The notes under the pieces: model-generated
Told to the model about the DNA's origin: nothing
Databases searched by the model: none
Seen by the model: only the letters and a program-made list of their open reading frames with translations
Assembly (NCBI GenBank): GCA_003135555.1
Contig: PLCF01000085.1
Coordinates: 88,587-152,586, forward strand
DNA length: 64,000 bases
Source of the DNA: Vulcanimicrobiota bacterium
GTDB lineage: Bacteria > Vulcanimicrobiota > Vulcanimicrobiia > Vulcanimicrobiales > Vulcanimicrobiaceae
Reading direction: 5' to 3'
Program-made: the position numbers and the translations under genes
In this document: positions 9,124-18,622 of the stretch, one piece after another
Position numbering within the stretch: position 1 is the first letter of the stretch
How the letters are laid out: every line of letters starts with the position of its first letter

Positions 9124-10274
9124 GCGTCGTCCTTTGGGATCGCGCCCGCGCGCGCCTCCACGTGCGCGGCGTCACCGCCCGCTTCGAGCGCGTCGCGAAA
9201 CGCGGACCAGCGATCGCTCGCGATCGCCTCGCGTGCGGCTGCGACGAGCCCGGTCAACGCCGCGACGTTGTGATACGAGAGCAAGCGTTGCGCGAGCAGC
9301 TCGCCGGCACGAAACAGATGCGCCACGTAGGCCTTGGTGTGGGTGCTGCAAACGCGGCACGAACAATCGGGATCCAGCGGCCCGAAGTCGCGCACGTTGG
9401 CGGCGTTGCGGACGTTGTATTCGGCGCCGGCGCGCGTCAGCACACGTCCGTGGCGCCCGCTGCGCGTCGGGTAGACGCAGTCGAACAGATCGATCCCGCG
9501 GTCGATCCCCGCCACGAGATCGCGCACGGTCCCCACGCCCATGAGATAGCGCGGCTTGTGCGGCGGCAACAGCTCGGCGGTAAAGCGGGCGACGCGGTCC
9601 ATCTCGGCGCGTGACTCACCGACCGACAGGCCGCCGATGGCGTAGCCCGGCAGGTCCAGCGCGCACAGCTCCGCGGCGCTGCGGGCGCGCAGATCCTCGT
9701 CCAGCCCGCCTTGCACGATGCCGAAGAGCAGCGTGCGGTCCGCGTGGCGGCGCGCGCCGGCGCAGCGCTGCGCCCAGGCGCTGGTGCGCGCCACGGCGCG
9801 CTCGAGGTCGGCGGCGGCCGACGGCAGCTTCACGCACTCGTCGAACGCCATCGCGATGTCGACGCCCAGTTCTTCCTGAAACGCGACGACCGACTCGGGC
9901 GTGAAGCGATGTGCGCTGCCGTCGAGGTGCGAGCGAAACGTGACGCCGTCGTCGTCGACCTCGCGCCGCGACTCCAAGCTGAACACTTGATAGCCGCCCG
10001 AATCGGTCAAGAGCGGCCCGTCCCAGGCCATGAAGCGGTGGATCCCGCCGGCTGCGTCGAGCGTCTCGCGGCCCGGCCGCAGCCACAAGTGGTAGGCGTT
10101 GGCGAGCACGATGCGGGCGCCCAGCTCGCGCAGGTCGCGCGGTTCGAGCAGCTTGACGTCGCCCAGCGTTCCGACGGGCATGAAGCACGGCGTCGCAACG
10201 TCACCGTGCGCGGTGGTCAGCGTCCCCTGTCGCGCCGCGCCCGATGTCGCATGCAGGGAGAACTGCCCGATCAC
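9120..10274 (-). CDS. tgt: tRNA guanosine(34) transglycosylase
   Basis: TPCFMPVGT, DSGGYQVFSL, GGLSVGES, YLMGVG, DCVYPTR, CSCRVC zinc site; GTG start 10274. Confidence 0.96.
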   Translation of the reverse strand: MIGQFSLHATSGAARQGTLTTAHGDVATPCFMPVGTLGDVKLLEPRDLRELGARIVLANAYHLWLRPGRETLDAAGGIHRFMAWDGPLLTDSGGYQVFSLESRREVDDDGVTFRSHLDGSAHRFTPESVVAFQEELGVDIAMAFDECVKLPSAAADLERAVARTSAWAQRCAGARRHADRTLLFGIVQGGLDEDLRARSAAELCALDLPGYAIGGLSVGESRAEMDRVARFTAELLPPHKPRYLMGVGTVRDLVAGIDRGIDLFDCVYPTRSGRHGRVLTRAGAEYNVRNAANVRDFGPLDPDCSCRVCSTHTKAYVAHLFRAGELLAQRLLSYHNVAALTGLVAAAREAIASDRWSAFRDALEAGGDAAHVEARAGAIPKDDA

Positions 10275-11167
10275 GATGGGGGGCGCAGCATCGCCAGCGT
10301 GGCGACGTATTCCGGCGGGGGCTCGCTCTCGAAGTTCATCATCTGTTTGGTGCGCGGGTGCTTGAAGCGCAGCCGCCACGCGTGCAGCGCCTGACCGGGC
10401 AGCGGAAGCCGCGAATCGCTGCGCCCGTAGATCGGATCGTTGAGGACCGCATGTCCGAGTGCCGCCATGTGGACGCGGATCTGGTGCGTGCGTCCGGTTT
10501 CGAGCCAGAACGTCAGCTCGCTCGTCCCGATCAGCCGCTCGCGCAACGCATAGTGCGTCACCGACGGCTTGCCCTCGGTGCGGATGGCGTACTTCATCCG
10601 GTTGCGCGGATCGCGCCCGATCGCGCCCCGAATCGTCCCCTCCGGATCGTCCGGAACGCCGATCACGATGCCGCGGTACTCCCGCTCGATGTACCGCGCT
10701 TGCATCGCGCGGCCCAACGTCGCGAGCGCGGCGTCGGTCTTTGCCACCAGCAGCAGCCCCGACGTGTCGCGGTCCAACCGGTGCACCAGGCCGGCGCGGA
10801 TCCGTTCGCCCGGGAGCGTCTGCACGTGGGCGAGCAGCGCGTTGACCAGCGTGCCGTCGGTGGCACCGTGAGCGGGATGCGTCACCATCCCGGCGGCCTT
10901 GTCGACCACCAGCAGGTCGTCGTCTTCGTACACGATGTCGAGCGGCAGCTGCTCGGGCTCGGCCGACAGCGTGCGCGGCGCGTCGATCGCATACGCGATC
11001 GTGTCGCCCGGGTCGAGCAGGGTGCTGGGCTTGCCGGCGGCACCGTTGACGGTTGCCGCGCCGGCGCGCAGCGCGGCGGCGACGTGCGAGCGCGAGAAGC
11101 CCGTCAGCCGCGTGACGAGAACGTCGAGCCGGACGCCGGCATCGGCGTCGTCGACGAGGTGCGTCAG
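10271..11167 (-). CDS. rluD: RluA/RluD-family pseudouridine synthase with S4 domain
   Basis: RLDVLV S4 start, VVDKAAGMVTHP, HRLDRDTSG, LETGRTHQIRVH, QALHAW; probable CTG start overlapping the lspA stop. Confidence 0.9.
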   Translation of the reverse strand: MTHLVDDADAGVRLDVLVTRLTGFSRSHVAAALRAGAATVNGAAGKPSTLLDPGDTIAYAIDAPRTLSAEPEQLPLDIVYEDDDLLVVDKAAGMVTHPAHGATDGTLVNALLAHVQTLPGERIRAGLVHRLDRDTSGLLLVAKTDAALATLGRAMQARYIEREYRGIVIGVPDDPEGTIRGAIGRDPRNRMKYAIRTEGKPSVTHYALRERLIGTSELTFWLETGRTHQIRVHMAALGHAVLNDPIYGRSDSRLPLPGQALHAWRLRFKHPRTKQMMNFESEPPPEYVATLAMLRPPS

Positions 11168-11616
11168 GCGTGTTTCTCGCGGCGCAGCGAGGCCAATACC
11201 AGCAGCACGACGCCGACGGTGATGCAGGAGTCCGCGACGTTGAAGATGTTCGGCCAGATGTTGTGGAAATCGATGAAGTCGACAACCCAGCGGTGCTGCA
11301 GGCGGTCGACGATGTTGCCGATCGCGCCCCCGACGATCATCCCGAACGCGATGCGCACGACGTTGGAATGCTTGACCGCGTCGCGAAACGCGAAGCCGAA
11401 GACGCCCAGCACGATCAACGCCAGCACGATCAGCAGCACGGGCGAGTTCCCGAACAGCCCGAACGCGCCGTACGGGTTTTGCGTGTAGCTGAACCACAGC
11501 AGCCCCGGCACGATCACTCGGCCCGGCGCGCCGGGGACGAGATGCGCCATCACGAACGCCTTGGAAAAATGGTCGAGGGCGAAGACGCCGGCCGCGACGA
11601 GCCACAACAGGATCAC
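11164..11616 (-). CDS. lspA: Signal peptidase II
   Basis: NPYGAFG, GGAIGNIVDR, VVDFIDF, IFNVADSCI motifs. Confidence 0.95.
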   Translation of the reverse strand: MILLWLVAAGVFALDHFSKAFVMAHLVPGAPGRVIVPGLLWFSYTQNPYGAFGLFGNSPVLLIVLALIVLGVFGFAFRDAVKHSNVVRIAFGMIVGGAIGNIVDRLQHRWVVDFIDFHNIWPNIFNVADSCITVGVVLLVLASLRREKHA

Positions 11617-11648
11617 CGCCGCGGGCTTCGACGCGCCCGGCGTTGTTC

Positions 11649-12374
11649 CTAAAGGCCCGGGACCGGCACGTGCCCGTAGAACCAGCCCGCCACCCGCCCG
11701 AAGGTTCCGGTGACGAGCACCAGGCCGGTCAGCACTAGGAAGACTCCGGCCCCGATCTCGATCGCGCCCAGGTAGCGTTTGATCCGGTTGAGCGCTCCCA
11801 ACGCCTGCGTGATCGCGGCGGCGGTGATCAAGAACGGCACCGCCAAACCCATCGAGTAGACGAACAGGAAGAACGCCGCCGGCCCGTATTGCTGCTGTGA
11901 CGCTTTGAGGATGATGAGCGAGAGGATCGGGCCGATGCAAGGCGACCAGCCTGCCGCGAAGCCGATTCCCACCAGGAACGAGGCGAGCACGGAGCGGTTG
12001 GCGCTGCGGAACTGCAGCCGCTTGTCCATCATGAGCGCCGGAATCTTGAACACCCCGATCATGTTGAGCCCGAGCACGATCACCAGCGCGCCGCCGATCC
12101 GCGCGATCCAGTCCTTGTAGTCGACGAACACCGAGCCCAGCGCGCTCGCCGACAGCCCGATCGCCATGAACACCACGGTGAAGCCGGCCACGAACGCCAG
12201 CGCGTGCAGCATCACGCGGGCCCGGCTCGCTGCGTCGGACTGAGCTTTGAGCTCCTCGAGGCTCGACCCGGTGAGGAAAGAGAGATAGGCCGGGATCAGC
12301 GGCAGCACGCAGGGCGAGACGAACGAGACGAGCCCGGCGAGGAAAGCGGTCAGGACGTTGACGTTGGCGGCCAC
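11649..12374 (-). CDS. ccdA: Cytochrome c biogenesis protein CcdA (DsbD-like TM domain)
   Basis: SFVSPCVLPLIPAY and GWSPCIGPIL motifs in a multi-TM protein. Confidence 0.93.
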   Translation of the reverse strand: MAANVNVLTAFLAGLVSFVSPCVLPLIPAYLSFLTGSSLEELKAQSDAASRARVMLHALAFVAGFTVVFMAIGLSASALGSVFVDYKDWIARIGGALVIVLGLNMIGVFKIPALMMDKRLQFRSANRSVLASFLVGIGFAAGWSPCIGPILSLIILKASQQQYGPAAFFLFVYSMGLAVPFLITAAAITQALGALNRIKRYLGAIEIGAGVFLVLTGLVLVTGTFGRVAGWFYGHVPVPGL

Positions 12375-12436
12375 GAGCCCCTATACACCGCCCAAGGGGG
12401 AGGCGGTTCCGGCCCGGCGACCGTAACCAGCCCGCG

Positions 12437-13287
12437 GTGAGCCACTGGTTCGATTATCCGCACATCGACCCGATCGCGTTTCGAGTCGGGGTCGAGTTCC
12501 ACATCGGGTCGTTCACCTACCACCCGATCCCGGTCCATTGGTACGGGCTCTCGTACCTGTTCGGGTTCATCTGCGTCTACCTGTGGATGAACCGTCCCGA
12601 AGGGCGCCGCCGGCTCGGGCTGACCTCCGACGAGATCCAGGATTTCCTGGTCTACGCGCTCGTCGGCGTGCTGGTCGGGGGCCGGACCGGCTTCGTGATC
12701 GCCGACCTCATCACCAGGCACAATCTGGGCGACTACCTCGCCAACCCGGTGAACTTCATCGCGATCTGGCAGGGCGGGATGGCCTTTCACGGCGCGCTCG
12801 TCGGCGTGATCCTGGCGATCCTGATCTACCTGCGCAAACACCCCGGGCTCGCGTTCGGCATCCTGGGCGACGAAATCGTGCCGCTGTTGTCGATCGGCAT
12901 CTTCACGACGCGGCTGGTCAACTTCATCAACGACGAGCTGCCTGGGAAGCTGTGCCTGCCCGACCATCCCGTACTGCATCCTGTTTCCGGCGTATTCGCA
13001 ACGGCTACCGGTACCCATCGCAGATCTTCGAAGCGATCCTCGACATCCTGACGCTGCCGATCATCCTGCTGGTGTATCGCGCGCGCCCGCCGGCCGGCGT
13101 GGTGACCTGGACGTGGTTCACCATCTACGGCATCACCCGAGCGATCGCGGAGATCTGGCGCGAGCCGGGCTTCACCGTGATCGGACTCGACGGCGGGCAG
13201 TTCGTCGCGGTCGTGCAGATCCTCATCGGCGTCAGCGCTCCTCGTCTACACGCTATTCGGCGCGGGACCCGCGCGCAGGCGCGGTGA
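12437..13287 (+). CDS. lgt: Prolipoprotein diacylglyceryl transferase, frame-disrupted (probably sequence errors)
   Basis: HWYG, GGR, GGMAFHG, NFINDEL in frame 12437..13051; YPSQIFE and REP in frame ending 13287; indels near 12970, 12999 and 13232-13250. Confidence 0.85.
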
Positions 13288-13299
13288 AGCGATTCGCCC

Positions 13300-13983
13300 A
13301 TGTCCCTCGCCAGCGGAACGGTCGCCGAGCGCGTGGCGACAATGCGCGCTCGCGTTGGCGAGTTCGCCGTCGCGGCGGGGCGTGCGCGCGGGTCGGTCGC
13401 GATCCTCGCCGTCACCAAGTCCCAGCCGGCCGAGGCGGTGCGTGCCGCGCTCGACGCCGGGCTGTCCGACGTGGGCGAGAACTACCTGCAGGAAGCGCGC
13501 GCGAAGTATGCGGACCTGCCCCCCTGCACGAAGCACTTCGTCGGCCACGTGCAGACCAACAAGGCCAAGGCGATCGTCAAGGTGTTCGACGTCGTGCAAA
13601 GCGTCGACCGGCTCGATGCGGGCCTGGCGCTGGCGACAGGCCGCGCGCGACGCGGGGCGCCGTTTGCGCGTTCTCGTGCAAGTGAACGTTTCGCCCGGCG
13701 AACGCTTCGGAACCCGCCCCGGCCGACGCGCCGCGAGCTCGCCGCGCGGTTGCGCGCCGAAGGCTTGGCCGTCGACGGCGTGATGGCGATCGGGCCGCTC
13801 GAAGGCGACGTCGATGCCGCGTTCGCGACCGCCCGCACCGCGTTCGAGGCGGTCGGCGGCACGACGCTGTCGCTGGGGATGTCCGACGACTGGGAGCGCG
13901 CCGTGCGTCACGGATCGACCATGGTCCGCCTCGGGACCGCGATCTTCGGCCCCCGTCCCGCCCGAGAGAGGAGCCCGGCATGA
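13300..13983 (+). CDS. yggS: YggS/PLPBP pyridoxal-phosphate homeostasis protein (internal compensating frameshifts)
   Basis: LAVTK, GENYLQE, HFVGHVQTNK, LSLGMSDD, GSTMVRLGTAIFG; conserved VLVQVN segment lies in an alternate frame at ~13635-13720. Confidence 0.9.
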   Translation: MSLASGTVAERVATMRARVGEFAVAAGRARGSVAILAVTKSQPAEAVRAALDAGLSDVGENYLQEARAKYADLPPCTKHFVGHVQTNKAKAIVKVFDVVQSVDRLDAGLALATGRARRGAPFARSRASERFARRTLRNPPRPTRRELAARLRAEGLAVDGVMAIGPLEGDVDAAFATARTAFEAVGGTTLSLGMSDDWERAVRHGSTMVRLGTAIFGPRPARERSPA

Positions 13984-14399
13984 GCGCTTTCGCCAAAGTC
14001 CTGTCCTGGTTCGCCGTTCACGACGACGAAGAGGACGATCAGCTCTACGCCGACGAGGTCGCGGCGAAGCGCAACGTCGTGCCGCTCAGCGACGCGTCGC
14101 GGCGCCCGGGGGCTTCGGTCGCGGTATTCGCGCCGCGCTCGTTCGGCGACGTGACCGAGATCGCCGACGCGCTGCGCGCGCGCCAAGTGGTGATCGTCAA
14201 CGTGCAAGGCGCCGATCGCAACCTGCTCCAGCGCGTGGTCGACTTCACCTCCGGCGTCGCGTACACGATCGACGGCCGCATCCAAAAGCTCGCCGAGGCC
14301 ATCTACCTCGTGGTTCCGGCCGGCGTCCAAGTCAACTCCGCCGGCGTTCGCGAGCAACTCGACAACGACGGCATCCTGGGAATCAAGGATCTCCGCTGA
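13980..14399 (+). CDS. sepF: Cell division protein SepF
   Basis: PRSFGDVTEIADAL and RVVDFTSGVAYTIDGRIQK motifs; yggS-sepF-divIVA synteny. Confidence 0.93.
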   Translation: MSAFAKVLSWFAVHDDEEDDQLYADEVAAKRNVVPLSDASRRPGASVAVFAPRSFGDVTEIADALRARQVVIVNVQGADRNLLQRVVDFTSGVAYTIDGRIQKLAEAIYLVVPAGVQVNSAGVREQLDNDGILGIKDLR

Positions 14400-14965
14400 T
14401 GGCGAAAATAACGATCGTCGACATCCAGCACAAAGAGTTCAAGAAGTCGCTGCAAGGCTACGATCGCAACGAGGTCAACGAGTTCCTCGACGAGATCATC
14501 GAGGCGCTCGAAGACGAGAACCAGGTGCGCACGGCGCTGCAAGGTGAGATCGCCGACTTGCGCGAGCGGCTCTCACACTTCAAGGCGATGGAAGAGTCGC
14601 TGCAGTCGACGCTGCTGCTGGCGCAGCGCACCGCCGACGAAGTCAAAGCCGCGGCGCACAAGGAAGCCGACCTCATCAAGCAGGAGGCGCGCATCGTCGC
14701 GGAGCGCGAGATCTCGTCACTGTCCGACCGCATCGACGAGACGCGCCGCGACGCGCAACGCCATCAGGACACGGCCGAAAAGGCGAAGAGCGAGCTGCGC
14801 TCGCTGCTCATGTCGCACCTGTCGCTGCTCGAGCGCAATCCCAACGCGCCGGCGGTGGAACCCGCGCCAAGCGCTTCGACCGACGCGGCCAACACCGAAA
14901 CCGATGCCATCGAACAGCTCCCGCTCAACAACGGCGCGGGCACGACCCACAAGATCGTTCAGTAA
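14399..14965 (+). CDS. divIVA: DivIVA domain protein
   Basis: ITIVDIQHKEFKKSLQGYDRNEVNEFLD followed by coiled coil; TGATG overlap with sepF. Confidence 0.93.
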   Translation: MAKITIVDIQHKEFKKSLQGYDRNEVNEFLDEIIEALEDENQVRTALQGEIADLRERLSHFKAMEESLQSTLLLAQRTADEVKAAAHKEADLIKQEARIVAEREISSLSDRIDETRRDAQRHQDTAEKAKSELRSLLMSHLSLLERNPNAPAVEPAPSASTDAANTETDAIEQLPLNNGAGTTHKIVQ

Positions 14966-14980
14966 GCAGCGCGCGCCGCG

Positions 14981-15607
14981 CTAGGCGCGGGCGAGTTGCG
15001 CCTTCATCTCCTTGGACCCGAGCGGCTCGTTGTAGATCGGTGAACCGGGCTGCTGCTTGCGCCCGCCCTCAACGAGTCCGCCGTTGTCGACGGCGTCGAA
15101 GCCGATCTCGTCGATCAAGTCCATCACCACGCGCTTGGCCGCGGGGTCGTCCGACGCGACGGGGATCGCGAGCCGGCCGCTGGTACCGCCGGGTTTCCCT
15201 TCGGTCGCCAGCCGCTTGTAGTAGATCGTGTTGAACGCCTTGACGACGCGCGCCCCGGGGACCAGCGCGCGCGTGAACTCGGTCGAGGTCTTCGAGCCGA
15301 GGTCTTCGATCTCGAAGTCCTCGGTGTACGCGTTCATCGCGTCGATCACGATCTTGTCGTCCCAACCCTCGATCTCGCCCAGCGCCTCTTCGCGCTTGGT
15401 CCACGGAACGGCGATGAGCACGACGTCGCTCGAATCGACAGCATCCTGTGCGTTGGCCGCCTCGGCGTTGGGGCCGATCTCCGCGACGAGCGACTTCAGG
15501 GACGCCGGACCGCGGGAGTTGGCGATCCGTACGTGATGGCCCGCGGCGGCGAATACGCGCGCAGCATTCGCTCCGATGTTGCCGGAGCCCAAGATCCCGA
15601 TCTGCAT
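14981..15607 (-). CDS. NADPH-dependent F420 reductase-like oxidoreductase
   Basis: MQIGILGSGNIG Rossmann start, ANSRGP, VIDAMN, VVKAFNTI motifs. Confidence 0.88.
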   Translation of the reverse strand: MQIGILGSGNIGANAARVFAAAGHHVRIANSRGPASLKSLVAEIGPNAEAANAQDAVDSSDVVLIAVPWTKREEALGEIEGWDDKIVIDAMNAYTEDFEIEDLGSKTSTEFTRALVPGARVVKAFNTIYYKRLATEGKPGGTSGRLAIPVASDDPAAKRVVMDLIDEIGFDAVDNGGLVEGGRKQQPGSPIYNEPLGSKEMKAQLARA

Positions 15608-15748
15608 CCCATCCTCATCCGGCGGGGGAGACCGCTCCCGCCGCCGCTCCCCGGGTTTACGCCACCGAGGAGGCAGCGTCCCGGCACCGGCGCCCGGGCC
15701 AGGCGCCACAGCCAAGCGGTATGGGTTATGCGGAATTGAATAAGCTAG

Positions 15749-15777
15749 TTTACAATTATGGGAATCGGTGCTACCCT
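15749..15777 (+). promoter_or_regulatory. Sigma70-type promoter for the XRE/RelE-like pair
   Basis: TTTACA (15749-15754), 17 nt, TACCCT (15772-15777) with extended TG, in an AT-rich patch; AAGGAG RBS follows. Confidence 0.55.
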
Positions 15778-15807
15778 TTTGGTCCACCCCGCCAAGGAGC
15801 CTACGCA

Positions 15808-16191
15808 ATGACTGTCGCTTCCGCACGCGCTCCGGCGCGGGAGGTTCTCCGTGTCAACGTCATCGTCTGGCGGGCAAAGGCTAGACTCTCCCAAGAACAG
15901 CTCGCGGATCGCGCCGGGATCTCCCGGCCAACCCTCTCCCGCGTTGAACGTGCGGCGGGCGATGTTGGGCTCGATGTTATCGAACGAATCGCCAGCGCGC
16001 TCGGTGTCGCCGTCGCGGAGCTCCTCGTTCCGCCGAGCGAAGCTCGCGTGGACGACCGCGAGCTGGCGCGGCGCGCGGCCGCAGCGGAAGACGAGTTTGT
16101 CGATGCCGACGCGCTTCTCGAAGCCATCGACGAAGCCGCCGGACCTATCGAACGCTACAGCCGCGCCGGACGACCGTCTTTGGCGCGTTAG
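15808..16191 (+). CDS. XRE-family HTH protein, probable antitoxin
   Basis: WRAKARLSQEQLADRAGISRPTLSRVER...IASALGVAVAELL; acidic C-terminal tail; AAGGAG RBS. Confidence 0.85.
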   Translation: MTVASARAPAREVLRVNVIVWRAKARLSQEQLADRAGISRPTLSRVERAAGDVGLDVIERIASALGVAVAELLVPPSEARVDDRELARRAAAAEDEFVDADALLEAIDEAAGPIERYSRAGRPSLAR

Positions 16192-16471
16192 GCTGCATCG
16201 CGAAGTCCAGAAAGTCGTGGCCCTGCACGGACAAGACTCTGAGATTTTTCGGCCGACCATCGGGCAGCTCATCGACGCGCTGAAGTCGAACCCAAAACAG
16301 TTCCCGAAGAAGAACGGCCCGCTCAAAGACGCCCGCGCTGCAGATCTTAGGTTCGCGAACGGTATCGTATGGCGCGCCGTCTTCACGGTATACGAAGCCG
16401 ACCGAACCGTGAAACTGTTGTCGCTGGCTCGGCACGACGACGCATACAATGAAGCGATGCGTCGCATTTGA
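16103..16471 (+). CDS. RelE/ParE-like toxin
   Basis: WRVRLHREVQK...LKSNP...GPLKD..WRAVFTVYEADRTVKLLSLARHDDAY fits the RelE pattern; start uncertain (nearest ATG 16103, core begins ~16178). Confidence 0.65.
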   Translation: MPTRFSKPSTKPPDLSNATAAPDDRLWRVRLHREVQKVVALHGQDSEIFRPTIGQLIDALKSNPKQFPKKNGPLKDARAADLRFANGIVWRAVFTVYEADRTVKLLSLARHDDAYNEAMRRI

Positions 16472-16508
16472 TTGCTAGCGGGCTGCGAGTCTCTTAGCCT
16501 CAGCGCGT

Positions 16509-16680
16509 CGCGCAGCGCGCCTTCGAGACGCCGCAGCGGACCTTGCTCGCGATCGACGCAACGCGCGAAGAGTCGGCCAACGACGTGGCGCGCGTCCAAT
16601 GAACGGCGCCATGTTCGCGGCGGCCAGCGGGATGGCGGCGCCAGCAGACGCAGCTCGAGATCGTCGCCGACAACCTCGCC
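16509..16680 (+). repeat. Degenerate direct duplicate of the flgF 3' end/flgG 5' end (copy of 19117-19287)
   Basis: ~172 bp aligning with 19117-19287 with scattered substitutions and a 1-bp insertion. Confidence 0.92.
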
Positions 16681-16729
16681 GCAGGCATTCGGCGTTCACG
16701 CGGCGGGGCACCGTCGGCCGCGGGGCGGA

Positions 16730-17500
16730 TCAAGTCGGCGCGTTGATCGGCTCGGGGGCACTCGCCCTGGTCCGGTTCGGGACCGAAGCGCGCATCACGA
16801 AGGGCTTGGCCGGCTCATTGGTGACGTCGGCGACGTCGACGAAACCCACCCCGCGTGTGAGGTTCTTGGCGCACTCCGGCGTCGGGACCCAGGCCACGGT
16901 CGGATCCCACAGGCGCGCCCCCTCAGGCCCGCTTTCAATGCCGGAAGGGTGGAACAACGCCAGCGAGAGGTCGCGGTACTTCGGATCGTCGGTCACCAGC
17001 GTTTGCAATAGCATGTCGCCGCTGCACACGTCGAAGATCTTTTCGAGCGCGTACCAGGGATGTCTGAGATGGTACAGCACCCCGAAGAACATGACGAGGT
17101 CGAACGTTCCGAACGTCCGCGGCGAGAGGTCGTACACACTGCAGAGATAGGGGTCGACCTTCGATCCGATCGCATCGCGCACGATTCCGAAGCGCTGGAT
17201 CGCGGGCGCGAACGAGTCGATGGCAACGACTTCGGCGGCACCCCGGCGCTCCGCTTCGAACGAGAAGAAACCCTCGGCGCAGCCGACGTCGAGCACGCGC
17301 ATGCCGTCCAGGCGTTCGGGAAGCCCGTAGTACGGCAGCTTCTCCACGACCGGGTCGGACCAACCCGGCGTTATCAGATCGTCGTAGATCTGAATGCGGT
17401 GGAACCAGTGCGGGTGTTGCGCGACGCGCGCCTCCACCCATGCTCGAAGAGGCTGAGCGGGATTCGCGCTAGTCATGCGAGTGAGCGATTCGTTCGGCAC
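16730..17500 (-). CDS. Class I SAM-dependent methyltransferase (CmoB/DUF1698-like)
   Basis: WFHRI..TPG, RVLDVGCAEGFFSFEA, FDLVMFFGVLYHLRHP motifs. Confidence 0.88.
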   Translation of the reverse strand: MPNESLTRMTSANPAQPLRAWVEARVAQHPHWFHRIQIYDDLITPGWSDPVVEKLPYYGLPERLDGMRVLDVGCAEGFFSFEAERRGAAEVVAIDSFAPAIQRFGIVRDAIGSKVDPYLCSVYDLSPRTFGTFDLVMFFGVLYHLRHPWYALEKIFDVCSGDMLLQTLVTDDPKYRDLSLALFHPSGIESGPEGARLWDPTVAWVPTPECAKNLTRGVGFVDVADVTNEPAKPFVMRASVPNRTRASAPEPINAPT

Positions 17501-17533
17501 GGCACACTTCCTCGGCGCGTTAAGCTGCCCGGT

Positions 17534-18523
17534 TCACTTCGCTTCCGTCAAAGTGACTCGATCGAGCCGATACGCTCCTGATTGGGTGACAACTGTCCAG
17601 GTGCCGACATATCGGCTGGTGACCGTCCCGCTGCCGGTGTGGTCCGTCGATACGATCTCGACGCCGATCGCCATTGGTTGACCCGTGACCATCGTCTTTG
17701 TGGAGATGCTGACGACCGTCGAGTGCGACCGTTCCCACGCCGCATAGGGGTGCGCCGCCCGGTAGCCATTGGAGAGAAGCGCGTACGCCTCGTGCAAGCG
17801 ATGGTGGTTCCAGAGCTCGTAAAACGTCCGTACGACCGCCGCGGCTCCAGGCGAAACACGCGCTGCATGCACCGAGCAGTTGTAGATCGGGAACTTGCAC
17901 ACATCGGAAGCAGGCACTCCCTGCAATCGCAGGTCGTCGCCGCTCATCGCGCCGCCCCCGCCGGCAACGTGCTTCCACGCCTTACCTTCATGGCGATAGA
18001 GCGAGTCGCCGCCGCCGGCCCCGTAATGTTCCGTAACGGCGTAATCACCGATCACCACAGCGTAGGGCACGAACGGTGCGTCTTCTTGCGCACGGACGGC
18101 AGCGACGTCAGCGACCGGGCCGATGTCCCGGTCGTCACGCGCACATTCGGGACTGACGCTTTTGATGACCGGCATCCCGCGGAGCAACCGGGCGCGGACC
18201 GTCGGCGGAAGCTGGTCGACGACCTTCGCTGCGCAAGGACTTTGGAACGTGTCAACGGCCTGCCACCCGAACGAATATCTCTTCAAGAGAATGACGGCGT
18301 CGCTGTTGGTCTGACCCTCCATACTTCCGCCCCGGATCTCGGCGATCGCGTAGGAGCCGACAACGTTGGTGCGAACCGCGCGTGGTGTCGATGTGCCGGC
18401 ATAAAACACGTTCGCCGCCGCCGCTTGAGCAGACGCGTACCGACGGGCTTCGGACGCGCCGGATAAGCCACACAGACGAGCCGCCATCACGAGGGCGGCC
18501 AACACGATAAAGACCGGTTTCAT
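17534..18523 (-). CDS. Secreted hypothetical protein with two internal repeats and a possible NTF2-like C-terminal domain
   Basis: Signal peptide; VVGSYAIA...W and VIGDYAVT...W repeats; AAVVRTFYELWN..EAYALLS. Confidence 0.65.
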   Translation of the reverse strand: MKPVFIVLAALVMAARLCGLSGASEARRYASAQAAAANVFYAGTSTPRAVRTNVVGSYAIAEIRGGSMEGQTNSDAVILLKRYSFGWQAVDTFQSPCAAKVVDQLPPTVRARLLRGMPVIKSVSPECARDDRDIGPVADVAAVRAQEDAPFVPYAVVIGDYAVTEHYGAGGGDSLYRHEGKAWKHVAGGGGAMSGDDLRLQGVPASDVCKFPIYNCSVHAARVSPGAAAVVRTFYELWNHHRLHEAYALLSNGYRAAHPYAAWERSHSTVVSISTKTMVTGQPMAIGVEIVSTDHTGSGTVTSRYVGTWTVVTQSGAYRLDRVTLTEAK

Positions 18524-18622
18524 CCTGGACTAGCATAGCGCTAAGAGCCGTCGGCGCAAAGCTGCATCGTCTGCCATACGGCGTTCACAGGCCGGCAACC
18601 ACACGCTGCCTAGCATCGGGGC

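Noticed and set aside
12437..13983. Programmed frameshifting or true pseudogenes in lgt and yggS
   Set aside because: Multiple scattered indels without slippery sites fit assembly error better
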